Assembly (NCBI GenBank): GCA_050175015.1
Contig: JBFXJJ010000015.1
Span: 1-52,295, forward strand
Direction of reading: 5' to 3'
Source: Alphaproteobacteria bacterium
GTDB taxonomy: Bacteria; Pseudomonadota; Alphaproteobacteria; JBFXJJ01
DNA: 52,295 nucleotides
The notes under the pieces are model-generated. The model had not been told where the DNA came from, did not search any database, and was given only the letters and a program-made list of their open reading frames with translations. Positions 1-8,818 of this stretch are shown here, piece by piece (positions within the stretch are counted from its first letter, which is position 1; the number at the start of each line of letters is the position of its first letter). A program made the position numbers and the translations under genes.

Positions 1-24
1 CCCTACACGTCGCTCTTCCGATCT
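1..24. other. Illumina TruSeq adapter remnant (technical sequence)
   Basis: CCCTACACGTCGCTCTTCCGATCT matches adapter CCCTACACGACGCTCTTCCGATCT with one mismatch at position 10. Confidence 0.95.
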
Positions 25-60
25 CAAGATAATAAGCTTAAATATTTTATCGAGCAAAAT

Positions 61-100
61 AAAAGCCCCAAAATATCTTAAATTATCAAGGGGCTTTTTT
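61..100. terminator. Intrinsic terminator, probably bidirectional, downstream of ORF 123-1022
   Basis: AAAAGCCCC-N20-GGGGCTTTT flanked by A and T tracts. Confidence 0.7.
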
Positions 101-122
101 CGTTTTCTTATAAAGCTATAAA

Positions 123-1022
123 TTACCGAGCAGGAGCTTCTCCATCGCTGGAAACTTCACCTTCTTCTGGTTCTTCTGGCAATTTAATTGTTTCAGGGTC
201 AATAGGATTTTCACCAATCTTTGTTGGAAGCCCTGTTGCGGGATCAATAACATTATTTTCAGGTATGTTTTCTTTTTTGTATTGACCAGATTCAATTAAG
301 TTTTTGATGCTGCCAAATCTTAATTCAATAAGGTTTTCAAATTCGTTAAATCTTTGAAGCATATTTTGGGCTTCTTCTGTTGTTTTGCCGAAAGCATTAG
401 GATCATATTTAACTTCAGAAGGTTTGTAATCAGGAAGAGCGAAGAATGTATCTCCTGTCGTACGGTCAACAACGATATATTGAACAAGAGCTCCTTCTGT
501 AGTTTTGATTTCAACGGCAGCGTTGCTGTCATCAATTTCAAAAACCATACCAATAATAAAGCGCTCGTTGCGCATAAGCTCAAGTCTTCCAACCATAATG
601 TCTCTAACAGCACCTAAGGAAAGCACTTTTTCAGCATTTTTACCAAGAGATTCTAGGTTAAAAGCTTCGCCTCTCTTTGGTGGTTCTTCTGGTTTTTGCA
701 CCTGAGCAGTTTCATCTGTTTTATCGTCATTTCGGTTAGAGCTTCTCAAACGGCGGCTTTCTCTTTCTTCTGCTCTAGCTTTTCGAGCTTCTTCTCTAGC
801 TTTTCTCGCTTCTTCTCTGGCTGCTCTTTTTTGAGCGTATGCATCTGTCGTAGAATTCTTGCTGTCATCTTCTGCTGTTGTGCTTGTTTTACGTTTAAAT
901 GTTGTTTGTGCTACTTGGTAGCTTCCATCGTCCTCTGATGCAAAAGCCAAGCTGCTGGCAACACAAATAAAACAGCAAAGTATCAGGAGCTTTAACAGAT
1001 TTCTTGAATTTAATTTTGGCAT
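123..1022 (-). CDS. Exported hypothetical protein with a charged repeat region and a PepSY-like alpha/beta domain
   Basis: 299 aa; signal peptide (SSLAFA|SE); AREEARK repeats; ERFIIGMVFEIDD..AAVEIKTTEGALVQYIVVDRTTG resembles an alphaproteobacterial PepSY-like motif. Confidence 0.7.
   Translation of the reverse strand: MPKLNSRNLLKLLILCCFICVASSLAFASEDDGSYQVAQTTFKRKTSTTAEDDSKNSTTDAYAQKRAAREEARKAREEARKARAEERESRRLRSSNRNDDKTDETAQVQKPEEPPKRGEAFNLESLGKNAEKVLSLGAVRDIMVGRLELMRNERFIIGMVFEIDDSNAAVEIKTTEGALVQYIVVDRTTGDTFFALPDYKPSEVKYDPNAFGKTTEEAQNMLQRFNEFENLIELRFGSIKNLIESGQYKKENIPENNVIDPATGLPTKIGENPIDPETIKLPEEPEEGEVSSDGEAPAR
774..822. repeat. Imperfect 21-bp tandem repeat (about 2.3 copies) encoding an EEARKAR heptad
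   Basis: TCTAGCTTTTCGAGCTTCTTC / TCTAGCTTTTCTCGCTTCTTC / TCTGGCT. Confidence 0.7.
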
Positions 1023-1080
1023 ATATTTAACTCTCCAAAAGATGCATTTTTTTATTAAAAGTTAGAATAATACATTTTTT

Positions 1081-1749
1081 TTAAAAATTTAAGATATTTA
1101 TTGGTTTTGAAACAGCATTTTTTCGGTTTTCGTCATTATTAATAGGTTTAGCCTCAATTTCCGTTATTTTTGAACTTGAGATATTATCATTTTTTATGCT
1201 GTTAGCAATCATTTCATTTAATTGATTGTTGGTTTTTATTTTAACTAGTTTAGCGGCAATTTTTTCTTTCATATTGGGACAGTTATATTTAGATGAAAGT
1301 GCAAAATATAAATTTCTGCCACTGTTTAAAGACTGGAAATCATCAAGTTCTGATAATTTTTTTTGATTATATAAAGTAATTAAATCATCATTTACAAAAG
1401 GTGGTTCGATATAGTTTATAAAATTAGCCTTTTGATCATAATAAATTCCGATAATTAAATCAGCTTTACCGCTAGTAATTAAATTAACAGATTCTTCCCA
1501 AGTTTTGGTTAACAGTATTTGGTGTGAAATGTTTAAGTTGTCAAATATAACATTGGCGGCATCAATTCCAAACCCAACGTATTCATTGTTGTTATTAAGA
1601 ATAGAAAATGGTTGATAGTTAGGGTTGGCAACAATTTTGATATTGCTGCAGTAATCTTTCTTAGTGAAAAAGGTTTTAGGAAAATCGATGGTTTTTAGGC
1701 AGGAAGCTAAAAGTCCCAAAAGTAATAATGGAAAAATCTTTTTTATCAT
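1081..1749 (-). CDS. Family-3 (amino-acid type) substrate-binding lipoprotein, apparently missing lobe II
   Basis: Lipobox LLASC; NYQPFS, GFGIDAA, WEESVNLITSGKADLI, YIEPPF; C-terminal LYFALS follows almost directly. Confidence 0.7.
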   Translation of the reverse strand: MIKKIFPLLLLGLLASCLKTIDFPKTFFTKKDYCSNIKIVANPNYQPFSILNNNNEYVGFGIDAANVIFDNLNISHQILLTKTWEESVNLITSGKADLIIGIYYDQKANFINYIEPPFVNDDLITLYNQKKLSELDDFQSLNSGRNLYFALSSKYNCPNMKEKIAAKLVKIKTNNQLNEMIANSIKNDNISSSKITEIEAKPINNDENRKNAVSKPINILNF

Positions 1750-1855
1750 AAGAGCCAGTTCAAATAAAAAAATTGCTAAAATAGTTAAAAATAACTATAC
1801 CTTAAAAGTATTAACAAATTCAATGTAACCATTTTATTTTTTTATAATATAAATT

Positions 1856-3391
1856 ATGATGTCTCAGAAAATGAAAAAAAATGACGAACATAACAATTCT
1901 GAAGGATTGTTTTATCAGAGATACCCAGCAAGAATAAACAATCTTGTTTCAAGATATTTTCTAATGTTTTCTGATGTTTTAGTTTTTATAGCGGCTTTAA
2001 TTTTATCAAGATGCTATATAATTCCATCAAGCATAATTTTTTATCAAATGGGGACTTTAGAACCTGAAAAGAATGTTTTGTTTACTTTTGACTGGCACTA
2101 TATCACATTTGCGGTCTGCATTTTTTATTTTAGGGTTACAGGAAACTATACGAGACGGCAGACACTATGGGAAGAAGCTCCCAAAACCTTCTTCGCCATA
2201 TCGCTAGCGGCAATATTTGATTTCCTTATGCTTTCAATATCATCGCTTTCATTGACCTCTTTTGATGTTGTTAGAATGATATATTTTCTTTCTTTGTTAA
2301 AGTGGGTAATCACATTTTTAGCGTTGCTTCTTGCTAGAGAAGCAACTAAGAGGTTCTTAAGCTTTATTGGTGTTTGGCAAAAACCAACAGTTATTGTAGG
2401 TATCGGCAACAATGCTAAGTTAACTTATTTGGCTCTTTCTCGCCAAAAGATTTTAGGTTTTGACATCAGAGCTTTTATCGATCTTAATAAAAAAGACGAT
2501 AGTGATTATTCTGAAATTGCTGATTTAAAACTTCCAATTTTAAAAATTGAAGGCAAAGCCGGCGAATTTTTTTCTCAAATTAAACGACCTCACGTCGTAA
2601 TTGCTGTGGAAGAAAAAGAATTAAAACAAGCCTCTCACATCATTGATGATTTAACAATTTATCACAATGCTCTTGACGTAGTTCCTCCAGTACGGGGAAT
2701 GGCTCTTTATGGTTTAGATATGACTCATATGTTTGGCAGTGAGATATTGCTTTTACGCTCCAGAAATAATCTTGCCCGTTTTTTTCCTAGAGTTTTTAAG
2801 CGTTGTTTTGATATTGTTGCGACGACCGCAATCCTCATAACGATAAGCCCGCTGTTCTTATTGTTTATTTATTTGATTAGAAAAGACGGTGGCAACGCTT
2901 TTTATGGACATAAAAGAATTGGGCAGAATGGAAATCCTTTTTATTGTTATAAATTTCGCAGTATGATTTTTAATGCTGATAAAATTTTAGCCGATTTATT
3001 AGAAAAAGATCCCGAAGCTAAAAAAGAGTGGGAGAAAGATTTTAAACTTAAGAAAGACCCAAGAATTACGAAAATAGGTCAAATCTTGCGTAAGACAAGT
3101 TTAGATGAGCTGCCGCAGCTTATTAATGTTTTGAGAGGTGAGATGAGTTTGGTGGGGCCTAGACCTGTCGTTGCGGAAGAAATTAAAAAATATGGGGATT
3201 ATGACAAATATTATAAAGAGGTAAAACCTGGGATTACGGGACTGTGGCAAATAAGTGGCCGTAACGACGTTGATTATTCCTATAGGGTCAGATTAGATGT
3301 TTGGTATATTAAAAATTGGTCATTTTGGTATGATATCGTTATTTTACTAAAAACGATCCCAGCTGTTTTTAAAAAAGATGGGGCGTATTAG
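1856..3391 (+). CDS. wbaP: Undecaprenyl-phosphate galactose/hexose phosphotransferase (WbaP family)
   Basis: N-terminal TM helices, VIVGIG CoA-binding-like segment, [50 protein letters not shown]-terminal DGAY. Confidence 0.93.
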   Translation: MMSQKMKKNDEHNNSEGLFYQRYPARINNLVSRYFLMFSDVLVFIAALILSRCYIIPSSIIFYQMGTLEPEKNVLFTFDWHYITFAVCIFYFRVTGNYTRRQTLWEEAPKTFFAISLAAIFDFLMLSISSLSLTSFDVVRMIYFLSLLKWVITFLALLLAREATKRFLSFIGVWQKPTVIVGIGNNAKLTYLALSRQKILGFDIRAFIDLNKKDDSDYSEIADLKLPILKIEGKAGEFFSQIKRPHVVIAVEEKELKQASHIIDDLTIYHNALDVVPPVRGMALYGLDMTHMFGSEILLLRSRNNLARFFPRVFKRCFDIVATTAILITISPLFLLFIYLIRKDGGNAFYGHKRIGQNGNPFYCYKFRSMIFNADKILADLLEKDPEAKKEWEKDFKLKKDPRITKIGQILRKTSLDELPQLINVLRGEMSLVGPRPVVAEEIKKYGDYDKYYKEVKPGITGLWQISGRNDVDYSYRVRLDVWYIKNWSFWYDIVILLKTIPAVFKKDGAY

Positions 3392-3392
3392 T

Positions 3393-3926
3393 TTAGTTGG
3401 TATGTTCTTCAAAATTATCACCAAACATAATTTTCTCAACTAGTTTAAGGTTAGGGCAGACTATATTTAATTCATCTTCCGTAAGTCCGTATATCAAATG
3501 AGCTTTTTCAGATTTGCTTATTTCTTCTTGTAAAGTTTCAGCAAAACTGTCGCCTTCTTCAAGCTTTTCAAGATTCGCTCGGAGAGCATTTGCTATTTTG
3601 TCTTGTTCTTTTTTGATTAAACAAGATCTAATAGCCATATTAACCCTGTTTTCAAGGTAAAAAAAGCGGTCTACGGTAAAGCCGTTTGCTTCGACTAAAG
3701 CGACAACAGCCTTGGGATATTCAACAGAGCTTTCGTTCAAATCGGAATTGTTTTGGCTCTTGTTTTCTTGAGACCAGTTAAAATAAGAAGGCCATGCCGT
3801 CAAAAAATCATTGAGTTCAGTTTCATCAAACTCAGATTTGTATTCTAATTGATTTTCAATGGCAATAGCAGGCATTGTCAAAAATAAGGATAAAATAATT
3901 GTTAAAAATAATTTTTTTATGAACAT
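3393..3926 (-). CDS. Exported hypothetical helical protein
   Basis: ORF track gives 3393-3953; likely start MFIKKLF (3926) gives a signal peptide ending AIA. Confidence 0.65.
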   Translation of the reverse strand: MFIKKLFLTIILSLFLTMPAIAIENQLEYKSEFDETELNDFLTAWPSYFNWSQENKSQNNSDLNESSVEYPKAVVALVEANGFTVDRFFYLENRVNMAIRSCLIKKEQDKIANALRANLEKLEEGDSFAETLQEEISKSEKAHLIYGLTEDELNIVCPNLKLVEKIMFGDNFEEHTN

Positions 3927-3989
3927 TTTTAAAAACCTTGTTGTATAATCCACTAATAAAAAAATAACTTACTTTAATTTTTAATTAAA

Positions 3990-4754
3990 ATGAATATTAA
4001 AATTCACTTTACAGCATCAGAAGATAAAAAAGCATTAAAAATATATCAAAAACTTACTGCCCGTTATCAAAATTATGATGCAGAAGAAGCTACCGTTATT
4101 GTCGCAGTTGGTGGCGACGGCTTTATGTTGGAGACGCTTCATAAGTTTATTAATAAAACTAAACCAATATATGGTATTAATGCTGGAACTATTGGTTTTC
4201 TTATGAATGAACCCGAGCTAGATGACTTAGAAAACAAACTGGCTAAAGCCAAAGCTGTGAAACTCCACCCGTTAAAAATGACCGCGGTCGGTGTCGACGG
4301 CACTAAGTATGAAGCTTTGGCATTAAATGAGGTTTCTCTTTTCCGCCAAACCAGACAAGCTGGGCATATTAAGATAAAAGTTGATGGTGAAGTTAGAATA
4401 AAAAATCTGATTTGTGATGGCGTTATGGTTTCAACACCTGCTGGCAGTACAGCATATAATCTTTCCGCTCATGGCTCAATTCTGCCGATAACATCTAACT
4501 TGTTAGCCCTTACCCCAATAAGCCCGTTTAGACCGAGGCGCTGGCGTGGAGCTTTGCTGCCTCACACAACTAAATTTAACTTTACGGCTGTTGATTGTAA
4601 AAAGCGCCCTTTAAGTGCTACTGCCGATTTTACGGAAGTTAGAGACGTTATATCAGTTGATGTTTTTGAAGAACGAAAACTTATCGTTAAGCTTTTGTTT
4701 GATTCCAAATACGATTTAGAAGAAAAAATAATAAAAGAACAATTTTCTTATTAG
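3990..4754 (+). CDS. nadK: NAD kinase
   Basis: GGDG, NE, DG, TPAGSTAYNLSAHG, PFRPRRW (alphaproteobacterial type). Confidence 0.96.
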   Translation: MNIKIHFTASEDKKALKIYQKLTARYQNYDAEEATVIVAVGGDGFMLETLHKFINKTKPIYGINAGTIGFLMNEPELDDLENKLAKAKAVKLHPLKMTAVGVDGTKYEALALNEVSLFRQTRQAGHIKIKVDGEVRIKNLICDGVMVSTPAGSTAYNLSAHGSILPITSNLLALTPISPFRPRRWRGALLPHTTKFNFTAVDCKKRPLSATADFTEVRDVISVDVFEERKLIVKLLFDSKYDLEEKIIKEQFSY

Positions 4755-4953
4755 AGCAGCAGTATTTAGTTGTATTTTTTGTTTTGCTTAACGGCAACGC
4801 TAACAGGGAAAAATTTCTTTTGTAAAAGTAAAATCAAAACTTTTTATATAGTAAAAAATAGGTATAATTAGATCATAATAAAAAATAAAGCCGTGCAAGA
4901 AACACAGCTTTAAATATTACGAAAAATCTTAGAATAGATTGTAAAACTAAATT

Positions 4954-5667
4954 TTAGTAATAACTAAAACCCCATTCAGGAATATAACCGCCTGCTTGAC
5001 TACTGTAATAGTAAGGTACCGTTTGGATTTTTTCTGGGTTTGTTAAAGCATATTGAGAATTTCTAGCCATTTGAACTCTGCGATAAGCTGATATTCCAGG
5101 TTGTCTATAAGATGCTGGTTGATAGTAAGTTGCAACAGGTATCATTTGAGGCTGACTATTGGCATATCTTATAGCTTGAATAGCGCCGCCGACAACAGCG
5201 CCCGCAATAGCGCCTTGGCCAAAAGTCATACCATTTGCAACAGAACCGATTGTCCCGCCTACAATAGCTCCGCCAACAATGCCGCCAAATGTTGCTCTTG
5301 CTCCGTTTTCATTATCAATTGTTTGACTGTATACAACTTGTTGCTGATTGGGACGCAAGTAAATTTGTTCTAGTTGACGTTTAGAGAGACGATTACGATT
5401 ATAATAAGTAACAGGCCTTACAGGTTGGGGGTTAGTTAATGCTTGAATAGCTCCGCCTGCGACGCCGCCAATTAAAGCTCCTTCTGCCAAATTAAGACCT
5501 CCGGTTACAGATGCCGCAGCAAGACCGCCAGCAAGACCGCCAATGGTTCCAAAAAGGACTTTCTGGTCTGTAGCATTAAGGTTGTTAGCAACATTATAAC
5601 TAGGAGCGCAGCCTGTTAATCCTATAGCTGTAATAATTGTAAGCGATATTTTTGTAATCGTATTCAT
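4954..5667 (-). CDS. Lipoprotein with two glycine-zipper modules
   Basis: Lipobox LTGC; two GxxxG-rich blocks each ending GGAIQA. Confidence 0.75.
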   Translation of the reverse strand: MNTITKISLTIITAIGLTGCAPSYNVANNLNATDQKVLFGTIGGLAGGLAAASVTGGLNLAEGALIGGVAGGAIQALTNPQPVRPVTYYNRNRLSKRQLEQIYLRPNQQQVVYSQTIDNENGARATFGGIVGGAIVGGTIGSVANGMTFGQGAIAGAVVGGAIQAIRYANSQPQMIPVATYYQPASYRQPGISAYRRVQMARNSQYALTNPEKIQTVPYYYSSQAGGYIPEWGFSYY

Positions 5668-5755
5668 TAAAGTTTTATTCCAAAAAATTGTAACTCTTTG
5701 ATATTAACTTACAATATTATAATTAACAAAAAGTTAGCAAACGATTTTTTTAAAA

Positions 5756-6181
5756 TTATTCATTTTCCTCGACTAGTCTAAAGCCCTCAATTTGCCATTC
5801 ATAGCCTTCAACTGCCCAATTAGTCATATCATTCATACGGTCTTCTGAAATTCCAAGGCGTTTTCCAATATAGAAAATAGTATTGATCTCATCATCGACA
5901 AGCTCACCATCTGATATGGCAAGTGAAATCATTTCTCTAATCATATAGCGTGCTGCTTCTGGTTTTTCTCTAATCCAGTTGATTTGTCTTTCAACTTCGC
6001 CAAGACTTCTTTCTTTCATAATAAGTTCAAAATCTGGGTCTACAAGTCCATAAGCTGAAGCTGCGACTTTGATATATTCTTTTTCGGCTTCACTTGCTTC
6101 GCCGTCGGCATTCATAATAAAGGATAACGCTATTAAAAAATCTCTAATTTGGTTTTCAGAAAGCTCATTAATATAGTGCAT
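5756..6181 (-). CDS. TerB-family protein
   Basis: Duplicated ADGEASEAE and SDGELVDDE motifs, RLGIS. Confidence 0.85.
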   Translation of the reverse strand: MHYINELSENQIRDFLIALSFIMNADGEASEAEKEYIKVAASAYGLVDPDFELIMKERSLGEVERQINWIREKPEAARYMIREMISLAISDGELVDDEINTIFYIGKRLGISEDRMNDMTNWAVEGYEWQIEGFRLVEENE

Positions 6182-6452
6182 ATTTTGTAATCCTTAGTTG
6201 AAATAAGGTTAAAAACAATAAAAACAAGGCTAACACAAATGTCCAGAATTTCAAGCAATATCGTTTAAAGTTATTGTTAATTCTACAAAAAAACAAATTA
6301 GATTAAATTTTAAATAATTTTAATTATAAATTGAAGTAAAACTAAATGCTGTATTGTATATATACTATTTTATACTTTTATTTGTCTTTGAGATGGCGTA
6401 TAATGTTCCAAAAGAAAGTTAAATGCAGCTTGTTTATTTTGAGGAGGTTAAA

Positions 6453-6653
6453 ATGAAATTTGATAATTATAATACCCCAAACTTGCCGCCTCAAAATTCA
6501 GCCAAAAGCAGTCCTGATAAGTATATGGGGTTGGTTGAGCCAGAGATTTCAGATATTATAAAAGATGCGGTTTTTCTGCTTCTTATTCAAAGCGATGGAA
6601 TGGGGCTTGATAAATTCTTATCTGTTATGAAACTTAACAAAATTAATCTTTGA
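6453..6653 (+). CDS. Small hypothetical protein (66 aa)
   Basis: Strong RBS GAGGAGG before ATG 6453; EPEISDIIKDAVFLLLIQSDG resembles the EP.l.dll.Dp...llm..Dg motif of small alphaproteobacterial proteins. Confidence 0.65.
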   Translation: MKFDNYNTPNLPPQNSAKSSPDKYMGLVEPEISDIIKDAVFLLLIQSDGMGLDKFLSVMKLNKINL

Positions 6654-6759
6654 AAAATATCTTTTTTGTTATTGTATCCTTATTGTTTAGTCATTATATT
6701 AGGCTTTATTAAAGAAGCCTGTGCGCATTAATTGTAAATTTTTTAAGGAGTTGTCTCGT

Positions 6760-8664
6760 ATGGAACCTTCCTCGTCTTGGACTAACTGGGTTTTAGCACC
6801 AGAAATAAAAGAAGTTTTTGAAAAAGCACCTAAAATCTTAATACCTTCCGAACGTCAAGAAATTATAGATCTTTCTCTTGGTGGCAAAGAAAATGACTAT
6901 TTTGAAGTTAGGTATGATTTAAAAGGGAAACAGGACTTGCTTTCGGCAACAGTTGCCCGTTGTAAAAATGGTGTGGTGGTTAATTATCCAGATCCTTATA
7001 TGAGAAGAAGAGACCCTGACAGTATGCTTATTGCTGATGACAAACCTACTGACAAGCCTCATTACAGCAAAAAATTTAAAAAACCATTCCCAAAAGTTCG
7101 TTCTGAAATTTTAGAATGGCTTAGCAAGCAAGAATTGGTTGTTATGCCTTTTAGAGCGGGGCAAGAAGATCGTGGTTGTGATGCTCTTTTGGTTTGTCCT
7201 AGCAATGCATCATTCTTTGCTACAGCATTAGCTGATATCCAAGGTTTTTTAAAAGCATCAGATTTAAAAAAATATTTTGTTCCAAGAGGCATAATTTTTG
7301 TTGCTCCTCCTTTTAGAGAAACTCTTTGCGAAGGTAAGCAGATTGTAATTCATAATCGTGAAGACAATGTTCACGAAGTGTTTTCTTTAAATCTTTATTT
7401 GGGCCCAAGTGCTAAAAAGGGCGTTTACTCAATGTTGCTAGACGTTGGTGAACAAGAAGGCTGGCTTACAGCTCACGCTTCTGCTGTTCAAATTACGACG
7501 CCATACGATAACATTTTTACGATTATGCATGAAGGTGCATCTGGCGGCGGTAAGAGTGAAATGTTAGAATATCCTCATCGTCAAGCTGATGGTCTTTTAA
7601 AATTAGCAGAAAATACGGTGACAGGTGAAAAGCGAGTTGTTGCCCTGTCTCAAGGTTGTACCTTAACCCCAATCTCTGACGATATGGCTTTATGCTACCC
7701 TGGAAGTACGAAAAAAGGAGCTAAAAAGCTTATTATTAGTGATGCTGAGGAAGCATGGTTTATGCGCGTTGACCAAATTAATCACTATGGTGTTAACCCT
7801 AACCTTGAAAAACTTTGTTTGCACCCTGATGAACCATTCTTATTTTTAAATATTGAAGGAATTCCAGGTTCTACTTGCTTATTATGGGAGCATACCGAAG
7901 ATGAACCAGGCAAACCTTGTCCTAATCCTAGAGTTATTCTTCCTAGAAGATCAATGCCTGAAGCGGTTAAGGGCGCAATCGAGATTGATGTTAGAAGCTT
8001 AGGTCTGCGTTGTCCTCCTTGTACTAAGGAGAATCCAACTTTTGGTATTTTGGGTATGATGCATATCATACCGCCAGCTCTTGCTTGGCTTTGGAGATTA
8101 GCTGTTCCTCGTGGTCACGCTAATCCTAGTATTGTAAGTGTTGAAAGCTTGAAGAGTGAAGGTGTTGGTTCTTTCTGGCCTTTTGCTACAGGAACGCAGG
8201 TTTCTCTTGCTAACTTATTGTTAAGACAGATTGCTGAAACTCCTGACACTAATTATGCCATTTTCCCTAACTGCTATATCGGAGCTTGGAAAGTTGGCTT
8301 TATGTCAGAATGGGTTTGCCGTGAATATTTGGCTAGACGTGGGCTCGCTAAATTCCGTCAAGATCAAGTTAACAAAGCAAGGTGCCCATTATTAGGATTT
8401 ACTCTTGATCATATGACGATTGAAAGCACTCGTATTCCAAGATGGCTGCTTCAAGTCGAGAGACAATCTGAAGTTGGAGTTGAAGGATATGATGATGGCG
8501 CTAAACAGCTTCAAAAGTTTTTTGCTGAAAATATTAAAGTGTTCTTAGAAAGTCCAAAACTTGAACACGTCGGCAGACAAATCTTAGAATGTTTTATGGA
8601 TAATGGTACGGTTGAAGATTATCACAATTTAATTCCAGGTGGCTGGGTTGAATTTGATTCATAA
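6760..8664 (+). CDS. DUF4914-family protein (PEP-carboxykinase-like P-loop fold)
   Basis: YMRRRDPD, PSAKKGVY, HEGASGGGKSEM P-loop, DDMA, PRGHANPSI, SEGVGSFWPFATG; RBS AAGGAG before ATG 6760 (ORF track starts 6721). Confidence 0.85.
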   Translation: MEPSSSWTNWVLAPEIKEVFEKAPKILIPSERQEIIDLSLGGKENDYFEVRYDLKGKQDLLSATVARCKNGVVVNYPDPYMRRRDPDSMLIADDKPTDKPHYSKKFKKPFPKVRSEILEWLSKQELVVMPFRAGQEDRGCDALLVCPSNASFFATALADIQGFLKASDLKKYFVPRGIIFVAPPFRETLCEGKQIVIHNREDNVHEVFSLNLYLGPSAKKGVYSMLLDVGEQEGWLTAHASAVQITTPYDNIFTIMHEGASGGGKSEMLEYPHRQADGLLKLAENTVTGEKRVVALSQGCTLTPISDDMALCYPGSTKKGAKKLIISDAEEAWFMRVDQINHYGVNPNLEKLCLHPDEPFLFLNIEGIPGSTCLLWEHTEDEPGKPCPNPRVILPRRSMPEAVKGAIEIDVRSLGLRCPPCTKENPTFGILGMMHIIPPALAWLWRLAVPRGHANPSIVSVESLKSEGVGSFWPFATGTQVSLANLLLRQIAETPDTNYAIFPNCYIGAWKVGFMSEWVCREYLARRGLAKFRQDQVNKARCPLLGFTLDHMTIESTRIPRWLLQVERQSEVGVEGYDDGAKQLQKFFAENIKVFLESPKLEHVGRQILECFMDNGTVEDYHNLIPGGWVEFDS

Positions 8665-8690
8665 AAGTATCTTGTAAAACGATTTTAAAA

Positions 8691-8725
8691 AAAGAGCCTC
8701 TTTAATCTTAAGGAGGCTTTTTTTT
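8691..8725. terminator. Bidirectional intrinsic terminator
   Basis: AGCCTCTTTA-ATCT-TAAGGAGGCT followed by a T tract, between convergent genes. Confidence 0.85.
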
Positions 8726-8818
8726 GCTAACTATGTTTTGTTATGACTAAAATGTTTTAAAAATTACAAATAATAATACGTTTAAATGCTAGAGGCTTTA
8801 AGTTAGAAGGCAGCTAAA

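Noticed and set aside
320-938. Short ORFs overlapping gene 123-1022, and similar nested or antisense ORFs throughout the window (for example 2146-2412, 7785-8069, 9153-9467, 39404-39772, 51667-51924)
   Set aside because: They lie within well-supported genes and show no recognisable motifs
5723-5737. TTAA-N7-TTAG near-CtrA box
   Set aside because: Imperfect match in a very AT-rich spacer; likely chance
5756-6181. TerB as a tellurite-resistance or defence operon
   Set aside because: Single gene with no other ter genes in the window
6555-6590. Peptide IIKDAVFLLLIQ resembles HtpG VFKDAVLLLLDQ
   Set aside because: Too short, with no flanking similarity; treated as coincidence
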